A stretch of DNA of 64,000 nucleotides from Hormiphora californensis (taxonomy: Eukaryota; Animalia; Ctenophora). Positions 1-13,983 of the stretch are shown here, piece by piece. Every line of letters starts with the position of its first letter. Within the stretch, counting starts at the first letter, position 1. Location: assembly GCA_020137815.1 (NCBI GenBank), contig CM035353.1, positions 3,100,001-3,164,000 on the forward strand, given 5' to 3'. Both the position numbers and the translations under genes were made by a program. Below the pieces are notes generated by a model, which did not search any database, was not told the origin of the DNA, and saw nothing but the letters and a program-made list of their open reading frames with translations.

Positions 1-1641
1 AATTGCGCCAGACCCACCGGACTGCCCAGACGGAGTATGTAGTACTGGACTTCGGTATCGAGTAAGTGTATAAAAACCCAACCTTCGCGATCCGAAACCA
101 GTCCAGTCCACTAATACCTGACCGTGGAATGAAAGCGGCTGCAGCTGTCCCGAATGATCCGGTAACCCGACCGCAGAATGGAAAGAGACTGCAGAGTAAT
201 AGAGTATATTATAAGCAGTGGGTTCACGATGACCTGGCGTATAACTGTGCGGTTGTGCTAAAGTTGGACTGTATAAGCAACGTCGCAAAAAACTTCGTCT
301 CCAAATTGAAGAAATTGGTAGTTGATGGTACTCGTATGGAGGATAATAAGAGTATGAATAGGGGACAACACAGGTTGGGCAAACAGGCCAGGCTGATAAT
401 TTAAAAATGGATGATTCTGAACACTGGATGAGTCTTGGAGTAGCGTTTTGGATCGAGAGACGTGTTCGAGTGCTGGCGGAACAAAAACATTTTAAAGGTA
501 TTGTACATTGACATTGTACATCCTAAAAATGAAGGTAATTATATTTTAATGATGTTAATATAAAACCTACAGAAAGGAAGTTGAAATATAATGGCAGTAA
601 CTCGGACACACGCTGGAACAACAAGTCAAGGCAGCTGGCCCATCTCATTCAAAACAGGGATGCTTACCTGACACTAGAGAATATAATATGATGACCAATT
701 AAGAGTAATTAAGAGTAAATTAGAGTATTTATACAGATGTAGATGTACATTATATTATGAATCCAGAAAGGTGGCAAGATCCGGTTGTGGATGGGTGATA
801 TACCAGGGCAGGAACCCCGATTTACCGGGAGGATAACCTTCCCCTGAACTAGGAAATTAACAGTATTTTACCCGATACAACGCGTTTCAGCTGGCACTTG
901 CACGGGAAACCCCCAAAAAAGAGACGACATGCGCCCTACGGCCGCCCTCGTACGCCTGGCCGCCACTCCGCCACCCCGGCAACCCGCACCCCGCACCCCG
1001 CACCCCAAACGTGGAACCCCCTCCGCCAGGAGTGACGGCACCACCTCCTCCTCCTCCCATCCCACGCCAGGGGTTCACAATTGTGAATGAATTAATGAGG
1101 AGATGATAAAGTCCATATTTATTCAACTGTTCACCCCTCAACTCGTGGGTAAAGTGACACTAGAGAATATAAGTATGATGAATAATTAAGAGTAACTAAG
1201 TATTTATAGATACATTATATTATGAATCCAGAAATGTGGCAAGATCCGGATGTGGATGGGTGATATACCAGGGCCGGAACTCCGATTTACCGGGAGGATA
1301 ACCTCGAACTAGGAAATTAACAGTATTTTACCCGATAGAACGCGTTTCAGCTTGCACCTGCACGGGAAGCCACCAAAAAAGAGACGACATGCGCCCTACG
1401 GCCGCCCTCGTACGCCTGGCCGCCACTCCGCCACCCCGGCAACCCGCACCCCGCACCCCAAACGTGGAACCCCCTCCGCCAGGAGTGACGCCACCACCTC
1501 CTCCACCTCCTCTCCCACGCCAGGGGTATACCATTGAGAATGAACTCATGAGGAGAGGATAAAGTCTATATTTATTCAACTGTTCACCCCTCAACTCGTG
1601 GGAAAAGTGACACTAGAGAATATAATATGATGAGTAATTAA

Positions 1642-2111
1642 AGTGAGAGTGGACCGAACCAGAATTGGACAAGTTTGTTGTAGGTAGTAAAGATTAGCTT
1701 TCTGAGCATTTTGCGTTTTTGCCGCTCAAAATCGACCCACCCATCACTGAGATATTTTTGTTATGTTGGGAGAACTCCTGTTTAATCAGTATGTATAAAA
1801 CAGAATAAAAACAATCGTAGTGTTTTACTAACACATTCTGAATATAAGCAGTGAGGTTGACATGTCCATGCACAGAAGCAGGGCACATGGAACCCAGCAT
1901 ATTGAAAATTTAAAGAATGTGTTAGTAAAACACAAGGATTGTTTCTATCCTGTTTGATAAATATTGATCCAGCAGGAATTCTCCCAACATAACAAAAATA
2001 TCTCAGTGATGGCTGGGTCGATTTTGAGCGGCAAAAACGCAAAATGCTCAGAAAGCTAATCTCTACTACCTACAAAAAACTTGTCTAATTCTAATCCGGT
2101 CCACTCTCACT
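1642..2111. mobile_element. Fold-back MITE, TTAA target duplication, AG...CT ends (Kolobok-like non-autonomous DNA transposon)
   Basis: TTAA|AGTGAGAGTGGACC ... GGTCCACTCTCACT|TTAA. The body is almost wholly palindromic. The empty site TAATTAAGAGTAA is present in the other array units. Confidence 0.8.
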
Positions 2112-2211
2112 TTAAGAGTAACTAAGTATTTATAGATACATTATATTATGAATCCAGAAATGTGGCAAGATCCGGATGTGGATGGGTAATATACCAGGGC
2201 CGGAACCCCGA

Positions 2212-2546
2212 CCCCCATAAAAAAGTCGCTTGGCAAATTCCCTCGTCGCTCGGCAATTGGTTCGGCAACAACAGGTGGTTTGCCGAGCCAGTCGCTCGGC
2301 TAATCAAGGAAGTCTCCGTGATTTCACCGCGTTCTTACAGAAAAAGCACATTTTTTCAGCACTTTGTATTTTTCAGCAGGAGATTTTGAAAAAAAGTGCT
2401 GAAAAAATGTACTTTTTCTGTAAGAACGCGGTGAAAACACGGCGACTTCCTTGATTAGCCGAGCGACTGGCTCGGCAAACCACCTGTTGTTGCCGAACCA
2501 ATTGCCGAGCGACGAGGGAATTTGCCAAGCGACTTTTTTATGGGGG
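2212..2546. mobile_element. Fold-back MITE with 2-bp TSD (GA) and CCCCC...GGGGG ends (animal EnSpm/CACTA-like)
   Basis: GA|CCCCCATAAAAAAGTCGC ... GCGACTTTTTTATGGGGG|GA. The empty site GAACCCCGATTTACC is present in array unit 1. Confidence 0.8.
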
Positions 2547-2813
2547 GATTTACCGGGAGGATAACCTTCCCCCGAACTAGGAAATTAACAGTATTTTACC
2601 CGATACAACGCGTTTCAGCTGGCACCTGCACGGGAAACCCCCAAAGAAGAAGAGACGATATGCACCCTACCGCCCTCATACACCCGGCCGCCACTCCGCA
2701 CCCCGGATGTGGAACCCCCTCCGCCAGAAGTAACTGGCTCTCCTCCTCCTCCTCCCCGTACCCCACGCCAGGTATTCACTATTGTTAATGAACTAATAAG
2801 GAGAAGGTAGTGT

Positions 2814-3660
2814 TATGTAGTGTGACGGGGGTGAAGGGTCACACGTTTAGCCCCGTGGCGAAATCCACACGGGGAGACATCACCACAGGGCAACGATAGG
2901 AGGCGAGAGCAATGTACTGCTGAGGACATCATAAACTTATGATCAACAGAGGGTTCAGGGTTAACATATATGATTATGTAACCATCTACACAGACAGCCA
3001 GACCGTGATCAAACAACTCGTGTCCAAACCATACAGGAGCCACACAGTGCTGAAGCTAGCCACCACATTGGACAAGCTCGCGGAATGGACCCCAGTTACC
3101 ATCACCTACTGCCAGGCCCATGTAGGAATAAAAGGGAACGAAAGGGCTGACTCTCTTGTGAAGGCAGCTGCATTTATAATGGAAGCCATGGAAGATACCG
3201 ACCACAGGCCTGCAGTCTCACGTAAAACGATCAGCAAATGATCTAAGTAAAAAAGTTTTCAGGGAGGGGCTTGATTTTATTAGGAGCCGTCTAAAAACAA
3301 CAAATATACTGATGTGAGAAATCACTGCCCCGATAAAAACCACCGAAGAGGAGCTAAAGAAGATGGGCCACGGAATCCTAAAGAGAGTCAAGAATTTTAT
3401 TCTCAAATAGGGGAGAGCTCAGAGAGTCCATGCACACGAGGGGATTGGCACAGAGCCCCACCTGCAGGTTCTGTGAGTTAGAAGAGGAGGACAATGTACA
3501 CATCCTCTGCTGTTGTCCCTGTCTAGCCCGGACCAGATTACAGGAGCTAGGAGAGTACTTCATTCACCCAACTTCAGTCAGACACTTGACACTGAGGAAC
3601 ATAGACATGTGAAAAAATCAGCAAACATGAACTACCGGTCCGGTAAAAATAAACATCAAA
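2814..3660 (+). mobile_element. 3' fragment of a non-LTR retrotransposon (RNase H + C-terminal CCHC), LOA/R1/I-group-like
   Basis: ORF 2939-3241 has IYTDSQ..AHVGIKGNERAD (RNase H). ORF 3430-3612 has CRFC..EDNVHILCCC. Confidence 0.8.
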
Positions 3661-3974
3661 CACAATTTTATGGGAATTTACTTTTTTTTTGTATGGGAAT
3701 TTACCCTTTGTAGCTTAATTTCGGTTAATTAGCACCCTAGGAACGGTTTAAGCAGGATTTGACACCACTCTTATTCATGAAGACACACTTCCTAAGCTAC
3801 GAGAAACAGAGCTTGTTCGGTTTGTGAGAGGCTTTTTCCACACTCTGAGATAGTAAGATGGATCGATCATGTTAGACGAAAAGCTGAATTAGACAGAACA
3901 CTTCAAAAGTTATGAAAGAGGCCGCGGATAAGGAGACTCAAACAGATTTAGATTAGATTTTGATTAGATTTATC

Positions 3975-4742
3975 TTAAATAGCTAATTCATACGTACACA
4001 TGGTGTATAATAGATAATTAGATAATAATTGTTACACAAATTGTATTCCAGGAGGCGGGAAAGCTGCATTTTAGCACACACTCATTATACCAACAGGTGC
4101 GCTCTACGTAAACGTTCCTCGAGGGGATTAGTGCCACCAATTTCTGCCACCGTAACTAATTAAGCAAGTTTGTTAGTACAAAGGGGTCTGCTGCAGTACT
4201 ACGGGGATGCCAAACAATTAAAACAGAGACCAAGAAAATTGGAAACGCCAAGCTTCCCCAGCAGAAGGAATGTTATTCTGTTTTCACTGTCTCTGTTTTG
4301 GACCGGAAAAGGGTGGAATTGCAGAACGGGCTCAGAAATATAACCATTAATGGTAAGAACCCAAAAGATCAGCTGAAAAAGATGAAGGAATGTTGCAATG
4401 TGACAATACCTAATTGAAGGTTGAGGCTTGAAACTGACAAAAAAGACAAAGGTCATTGATCAAAACGGAGTGATTGCCCGTTCTGCAAAAAATGCATACT
4501 CAATCAACATGAGAGGCACCTGTAAAGGTGCCCGAATTCATTAATTCATTGTATTTAATCAATTAGCTAATTCATAAGTATACATAGTGTACACAAATTG
4601 TACTCCAGGAGGCGGGAAAGCTGCATTTTAGCGCGCGCTCATTACCAACAGGTGCAGCTTGTCATTTGGTTCATTTCTCCGCGCCCTACGTAAACGTTCC
4701 CCAAGGGGATTTTAGTGACCAATTTCTGCCACCATAACTAAT
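3975..4742. repeat. Two diverged copies (~3975-4160, ~4560-4742) of a ~190-bp dispersed repeat, possibly a SINE or a LINE 3' end
   Basis: Shared ACACAAATTGTA.TCCAGGAGGCGGGAAAGCTGCATTTTAG..CTACGTAAACGTTCC..CCAATTTCTGCCACC. Confidence 0.55.
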
Positions 4743-5494
4743 GCAGAACACACTGCACGTCAGTGGTAATTTCAAAGTGGACATCACCACTAGCCGAATG
4801 TGGTGCAGTGAGAGCAGGGGCGGCAAAGCTCAATCTAATAGATTCTCTCTAGTCAGCAAAGTTTCCAGCTGGACACGAAAAGATCTACGCTTTATCAAGT
4901 TTATCAAGGATCTGAACCCATTACCCAATAGTCTACCAATTAAAAACTATGGGGGGAAGACAAGTATCTAACAAGTATCTAACCTTAATTCGGAAACACT
5001 GAATTCTACGCTACGAGAACAGATCCCAAAATTCCATTTGGGACCTTCCCCAACAATCTACCGGCAAGAACAGAAGAACCGCAACTTCACGTCAACACTG
5101 CAGATCTCTACCAAACTGGCAACCGAGAAGCCCTGTCAACCTTGGTTCGATGAGGAACTGCAGAACCAGTGGAATAGGAGTAAAGAGCTCGAAACTATTT
5201 ATCGAGGCATGTCAATGTACGCCAAGTGACGCCCGATAAAGTACGAAGTAGACGACCCTGAAAAGTAACAGTGACTACGAACAACAGCCACGATGACAAT
5301 GTCCCCGATCGATGACGAGGATCAACCACCCAACACACAAGTACCTAAAAAGTCCCACTAAGAAAATTGCTGAAACTAATTATTATTTATTGTGTAAAAT
5401 ATCAAAACTAATTTCAAAATGACAAAATAGTAATACTTGTAATACTTGTAAATCTGATATTTTAAATTCCACTCCAGGGGCAAAATATGGATAG

Positions 5495-5833
5495 GGGAGT
5501 GTGGAAGCCGGCTGCAAAGACGTCCGTATTGAGCCGCAGCTCCTACCAATAACTGGTGAAACATTCCAATTCAAATCTACTATCACTGTTAACAGTGCCC
5601 GTTTGGATGTTTTTGCCCGGAATGTGTGAAGTGACCTCGATAAGGTATTCACTGACATCCGAATCTTCAATTGCCTGGCACCTACTAACATTTCTCAGCC
5701 ACTCAAAAACACCATCAAGCGGCATGAGCGAGAAAAAGTACTTCATTATGGTGCACGAGTAGTTGAGGCGGAGAAAGCAACCTTCACTCCACTAGTTTTC
5801 TCAACAATTGGGGTTATAGGTCCAAGTGACTAA
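5495..5833 (+). mobile_element. CRE-clade non-LTR retrotransposon fragment (restriction-like endonuclease domain), pseudogenised
   Basis: Manual translation: DVRIEPQLLPITGE..ARLDVFARNV*..DIRIFN..RHEREK..YGARVVEAEKATFTPLVFSTIG. It matches the PD-(D/E)xK-type RLE pattern of animal CRE elements and has one in-frame stop. Confidence 0.75.
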
Positions 5834-7423
5834 TGACTAAAGGACACTGTCATGAATCTTAATGATTTGACTGATCTGATAAGTAAAGGAGGCGGTGTCA
5901 TCGGTGGTAGTGGCGGCCACAACAGAACCAGAGATAACACATCCAGCAAAGAAGAGACAGATCAGACGGGGTGACGGATGAAACACCATGGAAGTTATAA
6001 TCGTCCAGATGGTCCTGCATTTCACGGTACGATAATTGTAAGATATATGTTTTGAGTGCCAAAGCATCAGGCAATACTCTACGCGACTACTACTGTTACA
6101 GAAGTTTCGGCATCTAGACTGAAAGTTATAATCAAGGAGCCAAGAGCAAATGATATGAAATAGCCAGAATCGGACTGCATCGAGAACAAACGCGATTAAA
6201 TGGAACAGCCGGACCCACGGGTATCTGGTAACAGACATCCGTCCCTTCTTCACACAACCTACCATGCCCATCTTTTAATTAAGATGGGGTGATGAATAAT
6301 GTTTAAATACTCTTTATTCCAAATAACCAATTACTGTTTAGGAGAAGAGAAAATTCACCATGAAAAAGATCTGTTGAGAATATTAAGAGGGAAAGGATTT
6401 TTGGGTAAACACGAGCCAGGGTTGGTCAAAAGGTACGATTTTATCTCAAAATGTCATGATTAAGACTATCTTATCACGACGATATCATCTATTATCAATT
6501 ATAAAGATTTACGCATTTATAAGTTTAACCTCAATTTACAAACTTGCCCATCACTCAACTTACCCCTCTGACCCCTCTCTCTACCCCTCCTACTCCCAAA
6601 AAACGAGGGATCACATTACAAAACAATTAGCATCATAGAAGGAGAGAGAGAAAGAGACGGAGACAGTAACAGAGTGAGGCAGAGGGACAGAGAGAAAACA
6701 GATCCCATGATTTGCGATCGGTACGATCGCCCCAGTTTTACTAATACTTTTTAATTTGAATCTTGAATCTACTATAGAGACACCTTTACTTGTATGAATA
6801 TACAATACAAGGTTCCGACCACTATTTTTGTGGCGTCCACACTCTGGAACGTGTGCGGAACAACACCCTCAAGAAGTTCCCCCTCCTTGTGAAGGACGAC
6901 ATAAATGGGGTAATCAAGGGAAGGGAAGTACCAAGGTACAGGAATACATGAGTAATAATAAAAGCATAATTATTGTATTTGAGTTTATATCAGGTAAATC
7001 AGAATCAACAGTTAACTGATGAAGAAATAATCAAAATACTTGATGAAAGTTGGAGTTCTGTTTGTGAATATTTGAGTAACTTGGCCCAAAAGATTGGTAT
7101 CAGGCGCAATACTCTAATCAGGTAAAACATATATGCTGCAGCATATACCATCATTACTCAATACCCAAATCCGTGGACCTTGTTATATAAAATCATCACT
7201 GCACATCTTTCCCGATCCCTCTCTGATTTCTCTCTATCTCTCCATCCCAGGCACAGAATCCCGCAACCACATCCACCGGGACCCAAACCGACCCAAACCG
7301 AGTAATCCTAATAGATGACTTTATCAGGGTTAAGAGGGAGAATGCCCTACTTCAACGGGCTTTCTAGTTATAAAATAAAAGCTTAATTATTGTATAGTAT
7401 GTACATAATAATAATAATCTATC

Positions 7424-7750
7424 ATTAAAGGGCCTAAAAACCCAAATTTTATTTAATTATTTTGAACACTACATCGTAACAAGCATGCTATAGGAGTCCC
7501 AAAAAACATAGGTACACGCCCCACCCGCCCAATGTGAGCCCAGGGGGAGCCCCTCAAGTTGGGGCCCAGTTGGGGTCCCCTTGTAAACGCGCTTGTACTC
7601 CTTGAAATGCTAACAATATGATCCTCTCTAAAATTTGAAGTTTTGGGTAAAATTTAGCATTGTGTTTCAGGTGAGAACATAATCTTTCTTGTCTCTGTAT
7701 TCTAATTTCTCTCCAATGAAGGCTTAAATAATAATTGAATAGAATTATAA
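7424..7750 (+). repeat. Dispersed repeat / TE terminus; second copy at ~63665-64000
   Basis: AAAGGGCCTAAA.ACCCAAATTTTATTT..GAACACTACATCGTAAC..GGAGTCCCAAAAAACATAGGTACACGCCCC is shared with 63665 onward. The copy here begins after TTAA (Kolobok-like). Confidence 0.7.
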
Positions 7751-10173
7751 ATCTACTAACCAGGGCAATCATTAATTTAATGAGGAGACCTAAATAGTAG
7801 CACTTAAGCGTTCAAACCCAATTGCAAAGGACCCCAAATGACCCAATTGTGGCTCCCTGGATTTCACATGTGCCGTGTGAGCACGACAGACAAACAGAAG
7901 CCAAATGTATTAGGACTCCATCGCACTTGTCATGAGTAAAAAAGATAGAATGGGTTGAGGACTTAAAAAACCATGCACGTATATGTAAAGGGTCCATCGA
8001 GATTTTTCACGGTTTGATAATGAGTATACGTTGTTTTGAGTGCAAGCATCATGTGACATTACTACAGCACATGCCAGTTTAAGCAAGTTCAGCATCGACA
8101 CTAGAAGTTAAATAAAGGAGTAAATGATATGAATAAGCCAAATCGGATTCCGAAATCGGGAACAACTGAAACGCTATTAAATGGAACGGGTATCTGGTAA
8201 CAGACATCCGTCCCTTGTTATATAAGATAAAAGCGTAATTGTTGTATGGTATATAAAAATAGTCTGTCATGAATATAACACAACTAAAGAAGATCACGAG
8301 GAAATGTACGGGCAAATCGAGAATTTAATTTTTTTGCTTTGTAATGAGTTACATTCGATTTAACTTAATCATTTGATATTTACATACACCATGCCATTTT
8401 ATAGCAATCAGAATGTCAACAAGAATCACTATCACTGATGAAGAGATAATCCGTATTTTGGACGATAGTTGGTCGTCTGTAAGTACAAATGGAAAATCGA
8501 CCAATTTTTTTCTTCCAATCGTGATAATATTTATACATATATTACAGCAAACTACTTTTTCAGCTGGAGGAATACGAGGTAGCAGTAGCACCTCAGACCT
8601 CCATCGCCCAACCCCCGGCCCCGACTGTCACAAAAAAAAGAAAATCGGGAAAAAAATTGAAAAAAATGAAAAGACAAACAAAACAGAAATGGATTTTATG
8701 TGTATAAATAATTGGATTTTATAATTAAAAATAAATTCTTTGAGTTTCACTTATCTTCAAATTCCAATTCCATTCAAAAACTAAAAGGTTCATCTTATTG
8801 CTACTATTCCCACTCTTTCACTTGCAGTCTACACTCTTCTAAAGCGGCAGGATCAATGGACAGGAAGTTCAAGAAGGGAAGAAAAGGGAACTAGTTTGCT
8901 GGACCTGTACAGTGTACGGACGAGGGGCATAAACACACTGTGATGATAGAGGGCATTTATCAATGTGGTACCAACTGCTGCATTGGTGAATGTCAACTAG
9001 GTTCCACCATAGCACTGTTTCAGAACAAAAGTGAGGAGAGGGAGAAGCAGCTATTAGCGAGAATAGAGACAATTGGAGGAGCTAATGGTTTTGAAATTGT
9101 GTTTGGTGACAAAACATGGGCAAATAATGACTCTACAATACATGGCAGTGGTTTGATCCGAAAAAACGGGCGTTCGAATTTGAAGGAAAGTATGAAGATA
9201 AAGAGTGGGAAAAGGGAGCGGCTCCTAGTATCAATGGATCAGAAATTGGGCCATCCACGCATTAAGCAATAAGAGCCTGCAGAGGTGTATCAATTTCATC
9301 GGAAATAGGGGAAACCTGAAAAGCTTCCTTAAAAATATAAACCTTTCTGAAGACTCAAACTGCCGATATTGCGATCTCTCAATGGATGGAAATTAGGAAG
9401 TGTTCAAGAGCGATACCGATATCGTAGAAGACCATCTTGTTTAAATAGATTTTGGCATGACTTTAAAGTTACTGATTGTGTCATGCATTATAGCACTGTT
9501 TCAGAACAAAAGTGAGGAGAGAGAGAAACAGCTATTAGCGATAATAGAACGGCAGGGGGAATTGCTTGAGAACATTGCCTCTCAACTAAAGCTCAACCCA
9601 GGAAAGGTAACCGGGATAAAACGGAAAGCGGGTACGTGTAAAATTGTGGCTGATTTTCTTACTCCTTAATATACTTATATAATACTTACACTCCTTAATT
9701 TACGTCACAATGAAATTGCGTTTAGTCAATATTTTGACTTGTAATGAGGTTCTCTAATACCCACCCATTTTCATAGAATACACGCCAGATAAGGCAGATG
9801 ATGAGGTTGTGGACAGATTCATGAAAAGGGCAGAGGATATCGTCCGTTCAACAAAATTCATGACGTAAGTACATTACTAACTTACTTACTTACTTATATA
9901 ACCCTGTATTATTTAAACAGTATAGATATTATTTAATTGTAAATTTGATTGTTATCAGTATAATAATGACGAGATAAAATAATTTATTGACTGCAGATAT
10001 ACCGGAGAGTTATGACTGGCGACTCGCTTTCCACCTGATGCGCAGCAGTTTGGTTTGGTTTGGATCGCTGAGTCGTCCGGGAGCAATGCTATCGAGTAGC
10101 AGCTGTGCGGTAGTAGAAGGGACTACTATGACTCCGTCGGCGTCTGGTCGGGTGTAATTGTGGGTCTGTCTGG

Positions 10174-11460
10174 GGTAGTATAGCATACTACCTACGGAAC
10201 GTTTGAGGACACATTGAGGACACATTGAGGACACATTGAGGACAGGTTGTGGACAGGTTGACGACAGGTTGAGGACAGGTTGAGGACACATTGTGGACGA
10301 CACATTCTCCCTGGGACCATCATCATCACTGACGGTTGGGCCGCCTATCAGAACCTTAGTCAACACGGCTACACCCACTTCACCGTGAACCACTCAACAA
10401 ACTTTGTTTGTCCAGCGACCGGAGCCCACACGAACGCCATAGAGGGCCTTTGGACTCATCTGAAGAGGCATACCGGCATTCGTGACGGAGGAAGACGGAC
10501 CAGCATGACCCTTCAGTTGGACATCACTGAGTATGCTTGGTTAAAACAGAAGGGAGCAACGACCGTGTCTGATATGAACAAACTGTTTTCTATGCTATTG
10601 CCAGAGTTGTTGTATTATCGCAATTGGTGTTGAGTAGCCCGAGGAGATTTTCAGTTATTCAGTTATTGTATCTGTTTGTTTATTTCACTGCTGATTAGTT
10701 CCAAATACAATTAATGTCTTTCATTTGTATTCAAAACCAGGAGGAAGTGGTTAATTAAGGTGAAAATTAATTATATGTCTTACATGCAGTAGTTGTAATC
10801 AGTGTGTCCTCAATGTATCCACAACAAAAATAGAAGTTTTTAAATCTAATGTCCCCAATGTGTCCACAATGTGTCCACAATGTGTCCTCAATGTGTCCCC
10901 AATGTGTCCTCAATGTGTCCTCAATGTGTCCTCAATGTGTCCTCAATATGTCCTCAATGTGTCCTCAATGTGTCCTCAATGTGTCCTCAACGTGTCCTCA
11001 ATATGTCCCCAATGTGTCCTCAATGTGTCCTCAATGTGTCCTCAATGTGTCCACAACGAAAATAGAAGCTTTCACCTCTAATTTCCCAAATTTGTCCACA
11101 ATGTGTCCTCAATGTGTCCTCAATGTGTTCACAATGTGTCCCCAATGTGTCCTCAATGTGTCCTCAATGTGTCCTCAATGTGTCCTCAATATGTCCTCAA
11201 TGTGTCCTCAATGTGTCCTCAATGTGTCCTCAATGTGTCCTCAACGTGTCCTCAACCTGTCCTCAATGTGTCCACGATTGATGGGCAATCGTTACTCAAT
11301 GTGTCCACAATGTGTCCTCAACCTGTCCTCAACCTGTCCACAACCTGTCCACAATGTGTCCTCAACCTGTCCTCAACCTGTCCACAACCTGTCCTCAATG
11401 TGTCCTCAATGTGTCCTCAATGTGTCCTCAAACGTTCCGTAGGTAGTATGTTATACTACC
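10174..11460 (+). mobile_element. Internally deleted Merlin (IS1016/ISXO2-like) DNA transposon with 11-bp tandem repeats in its TIRs
   Basis: 8-bp TSD CTGTCTGG (10166-10173, 11461-11468). TIR GGTAGTATAGCATACTACCTACGGAACGTTTGAGGACAC. Transposase fragment 10292-10633: ITDGWAAY..VNHS..FV...GAHTNAIEGLW. (ATGTGTCCTCA)n arrays on both arms in inverted orientation. Confidence 0.9.
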
Positions 11461-12779
11461 CTGTCTGGAGACTTGTATTCAGAGCCGATGTCAGTCAGTC
11501 ATTGTGCGTGTGGGGGCATTTACTCGGACACTCTCACGGTCGGATAGTCTTGGCTCAGCTGCACTCTTCGCATCACTAGCACATGTATCGATACCGTGAG
11601 AGCGATGTAAACACCCATCACTAATAAGCAAGTTGGCAATTTAGGGGGCAAGATTGCCAAGCGATTAGTTGGCCGTTCCACTTTGTGAATTACAGTTGCC
11701 TGCTGATGGCTATGCATTAAAAGCCTGTTGTCATGTTGTATTACGATGAGTGTCAGTCGAGTGGTCACTTCTCAAGCATGGGTCTGGGGTGGTCAGTTTT
11801 TGTCGTGCTCAGCAGTACTTGTACGTTGATATACTGGCAAGATCACTGAATGCAGAATGCCTGCATGCTGCAACATACACCAGGCATTCAGGACTTAACT
11901 AGAAAAAGAAAATGGTAAGATGCCCCCAACCCTATCAATCCATCGGCCAAGCGGATTCTCAAGAAATTACAGTAACAACTTCCCTTTGGGAATGGGAAGA
12001 TGTTACTGTAATGCCAACTGATAAGACGAACAGGTTTTGCACAGTAGTCAAGCAATTACATCGGCAGTGGAAGTAGTCATCCAGTACGGCCTGCACGACT
12101 CTCTCCCCCACTAACCCTCCCCCAGGCCTATTCCATCACAAACCCGCCCCGTGACGCCTCCTCCACTACCAACACGCCGCAGCACTCATCCAGCAAGGCT
12201 CCACATCCGTCATCCACTACCAACCAGTACATCATACATCCATCCAGGCCAAGGCCCAGGCCAGCTAAACCGCTAGCCAAGACAATGTGGCATAATATAG
12301 TAAAACATTTTAAATATTTAACACGTCAATATAATAGCGATTCATCCCGGACAATCGACAATCCTCGGATTGTCCTCAAGCTATAACACACTGGAATGAA
12401 CCACTGGTTTGGATCATCTACCCAACTAACTTGAAAATACCAGAGGATGAGCTAATAAGGATCCTCGACGAGGTAAGATGGACCATCTAAGTTGATACGC
12501 TCAAGTTATAATAAAATTAGAATCTGGTATAAGTAACTACTGGACAGCTAGGATACACCTGCAGGTGAACCATACTGAACACAAGGGGGTATTTCAACCC
12601 CCTTCTCTCCTCAGGTTCTCAGAACGCAGAAGTCTTCATGGCGGATGAGACTCTGCTAATCCGGGGAATGCGATACTACCCCACTGATATATTGAGCACA
12701 CCACCATCTACCCAACCTTCTACACTGGAAAGTTTCAGACACACAGGCAGGTTAAAACTACCAGCAAACAACTGTACTT

Positions 12780-12885
12780 AGCAACTTACAGTACCTTATC
12801 ATTGATGAAGTGTCTATGTTGGGAAACACTGTATTAAATCATATTCATGTCCGACTAAACAAGCTGAAAGGGCTAAGCGATACTT
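12780..12885 (+). mobile_element. PIF1-family helicase fragment (Helitron/Helentron remnant)
   Basis: Translation SNLQYLIIDEVSMLGNTVLNHIHVRLNKLKG contains the Walker-B LIIDEVSM motif typical of Helitron helicases. Confidence 0.65.
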
Positions 12886-13983
12886 CGACTATCAAGTGGA
12901 CACCAACATCTACCCCAGGTAGAGGAATAGAACAACAGACACGGAAAAGGCTATCTCGGCATTAAACACATCCACAAGGGTTAAATACATGATAGAAAAG
13001 CCTTCCCGCGATCAGGTTGACGAGATAAAATAATTTATTGACTGCAAATATATTATAAGTTCTCCTGAGTATGAGGCTAATATCTCTATTATAATTTGGA
13101 GTTGAAAGATAAAAGTACATGCAGGAAACTGGAAACACTAACATAAAACGCGTCTAAGAGAATAGCACAGTGCTCTAAAACAGCCCCAAAACTGATAACA
13201 ATAGGCTTCACTCATCAAAATGTAACACCTATACCGGGTTTCAGATACATCTCCAACGTATGCCCAAACGTATGTCGTATATAATGGTTCTAAAAACGCA
13301 ATTAATACAGCAGGAAGAAGTAAAAGGTAACAAATATCGAAGAAAATAAAGGTTGGTGGAGATCTCCCACCGAAGATTTCACTTAGACTTGATTGAACAA
13401 GCGTTTGTTAATCATTTTTTCATTTCTCTTAGGCACCTTGAACATGGATCCAGTGCGTCCCCTCCCCTATTTTAGTTTTACCGTTATTTTCATCAGAAAG
13501 TTAGGGAACTCCACCAGCACACCCATCAGCAACTGATTGACACCCAGTTGAGGGTTCAGGACACAGACTTCAAGCTTCAAGAGCTAGAGGTAATTCTCAC
13601 TGATATAGAGAAAGACCACCGTGAGGCAGCGATAGGGCTACTTAAATAGGGCAGCAGTCTGAGCTGTATCAAAAACTAGTTAGAGAACTCCACCAGTACA
13701 CTCATGGCTGTTGTAATATTGATGTAGGGCCATTGTGAGAGGTTAATGTAAAAACAAATGAATTAACAACCTACCCATTTCAGAGGAGTTTGTGATTAAG
13801 AGACGACGAAAGTAACGATTTATTATTGATTCATTATTGATTGAGTAATCATTATTTGTAATGTATTTTTTTGTAATTTGCAAATTTTATTCTCATTGTG
13901 AAGATAAAATTAGTTAGGCCCCTGGTAATGGAAGAAGTCCAAATTTCAGACCTGAAACTGTATAACTATAACTATTTAAACTA

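Larger units (their letters stand above)
669..2810. repeat. Tandem array of three ~450-490 bp units (starts ~669, ~1155, ~1608); third unit interrupted by two MITEs
   Basis: Unit start GTGACACTAGAGAATATAA and the blocks GGCAAGATCCGG..GGATAACC..AACTAGGAAATTAACAG..CGCGTTTCAGC recur three times. Confidence 0.9.

Noticed and set aside
66-404. 112-aa ORF at the window edge
   Set aside because: GTG start, no recognisable motif and truncated context; it cannot be supported.
10849-11579. Cys-rich ORFs (MCPQCVLNVSS)n
   Set aside because: Translation of the 11-bp repeats in the Merlin TIR.
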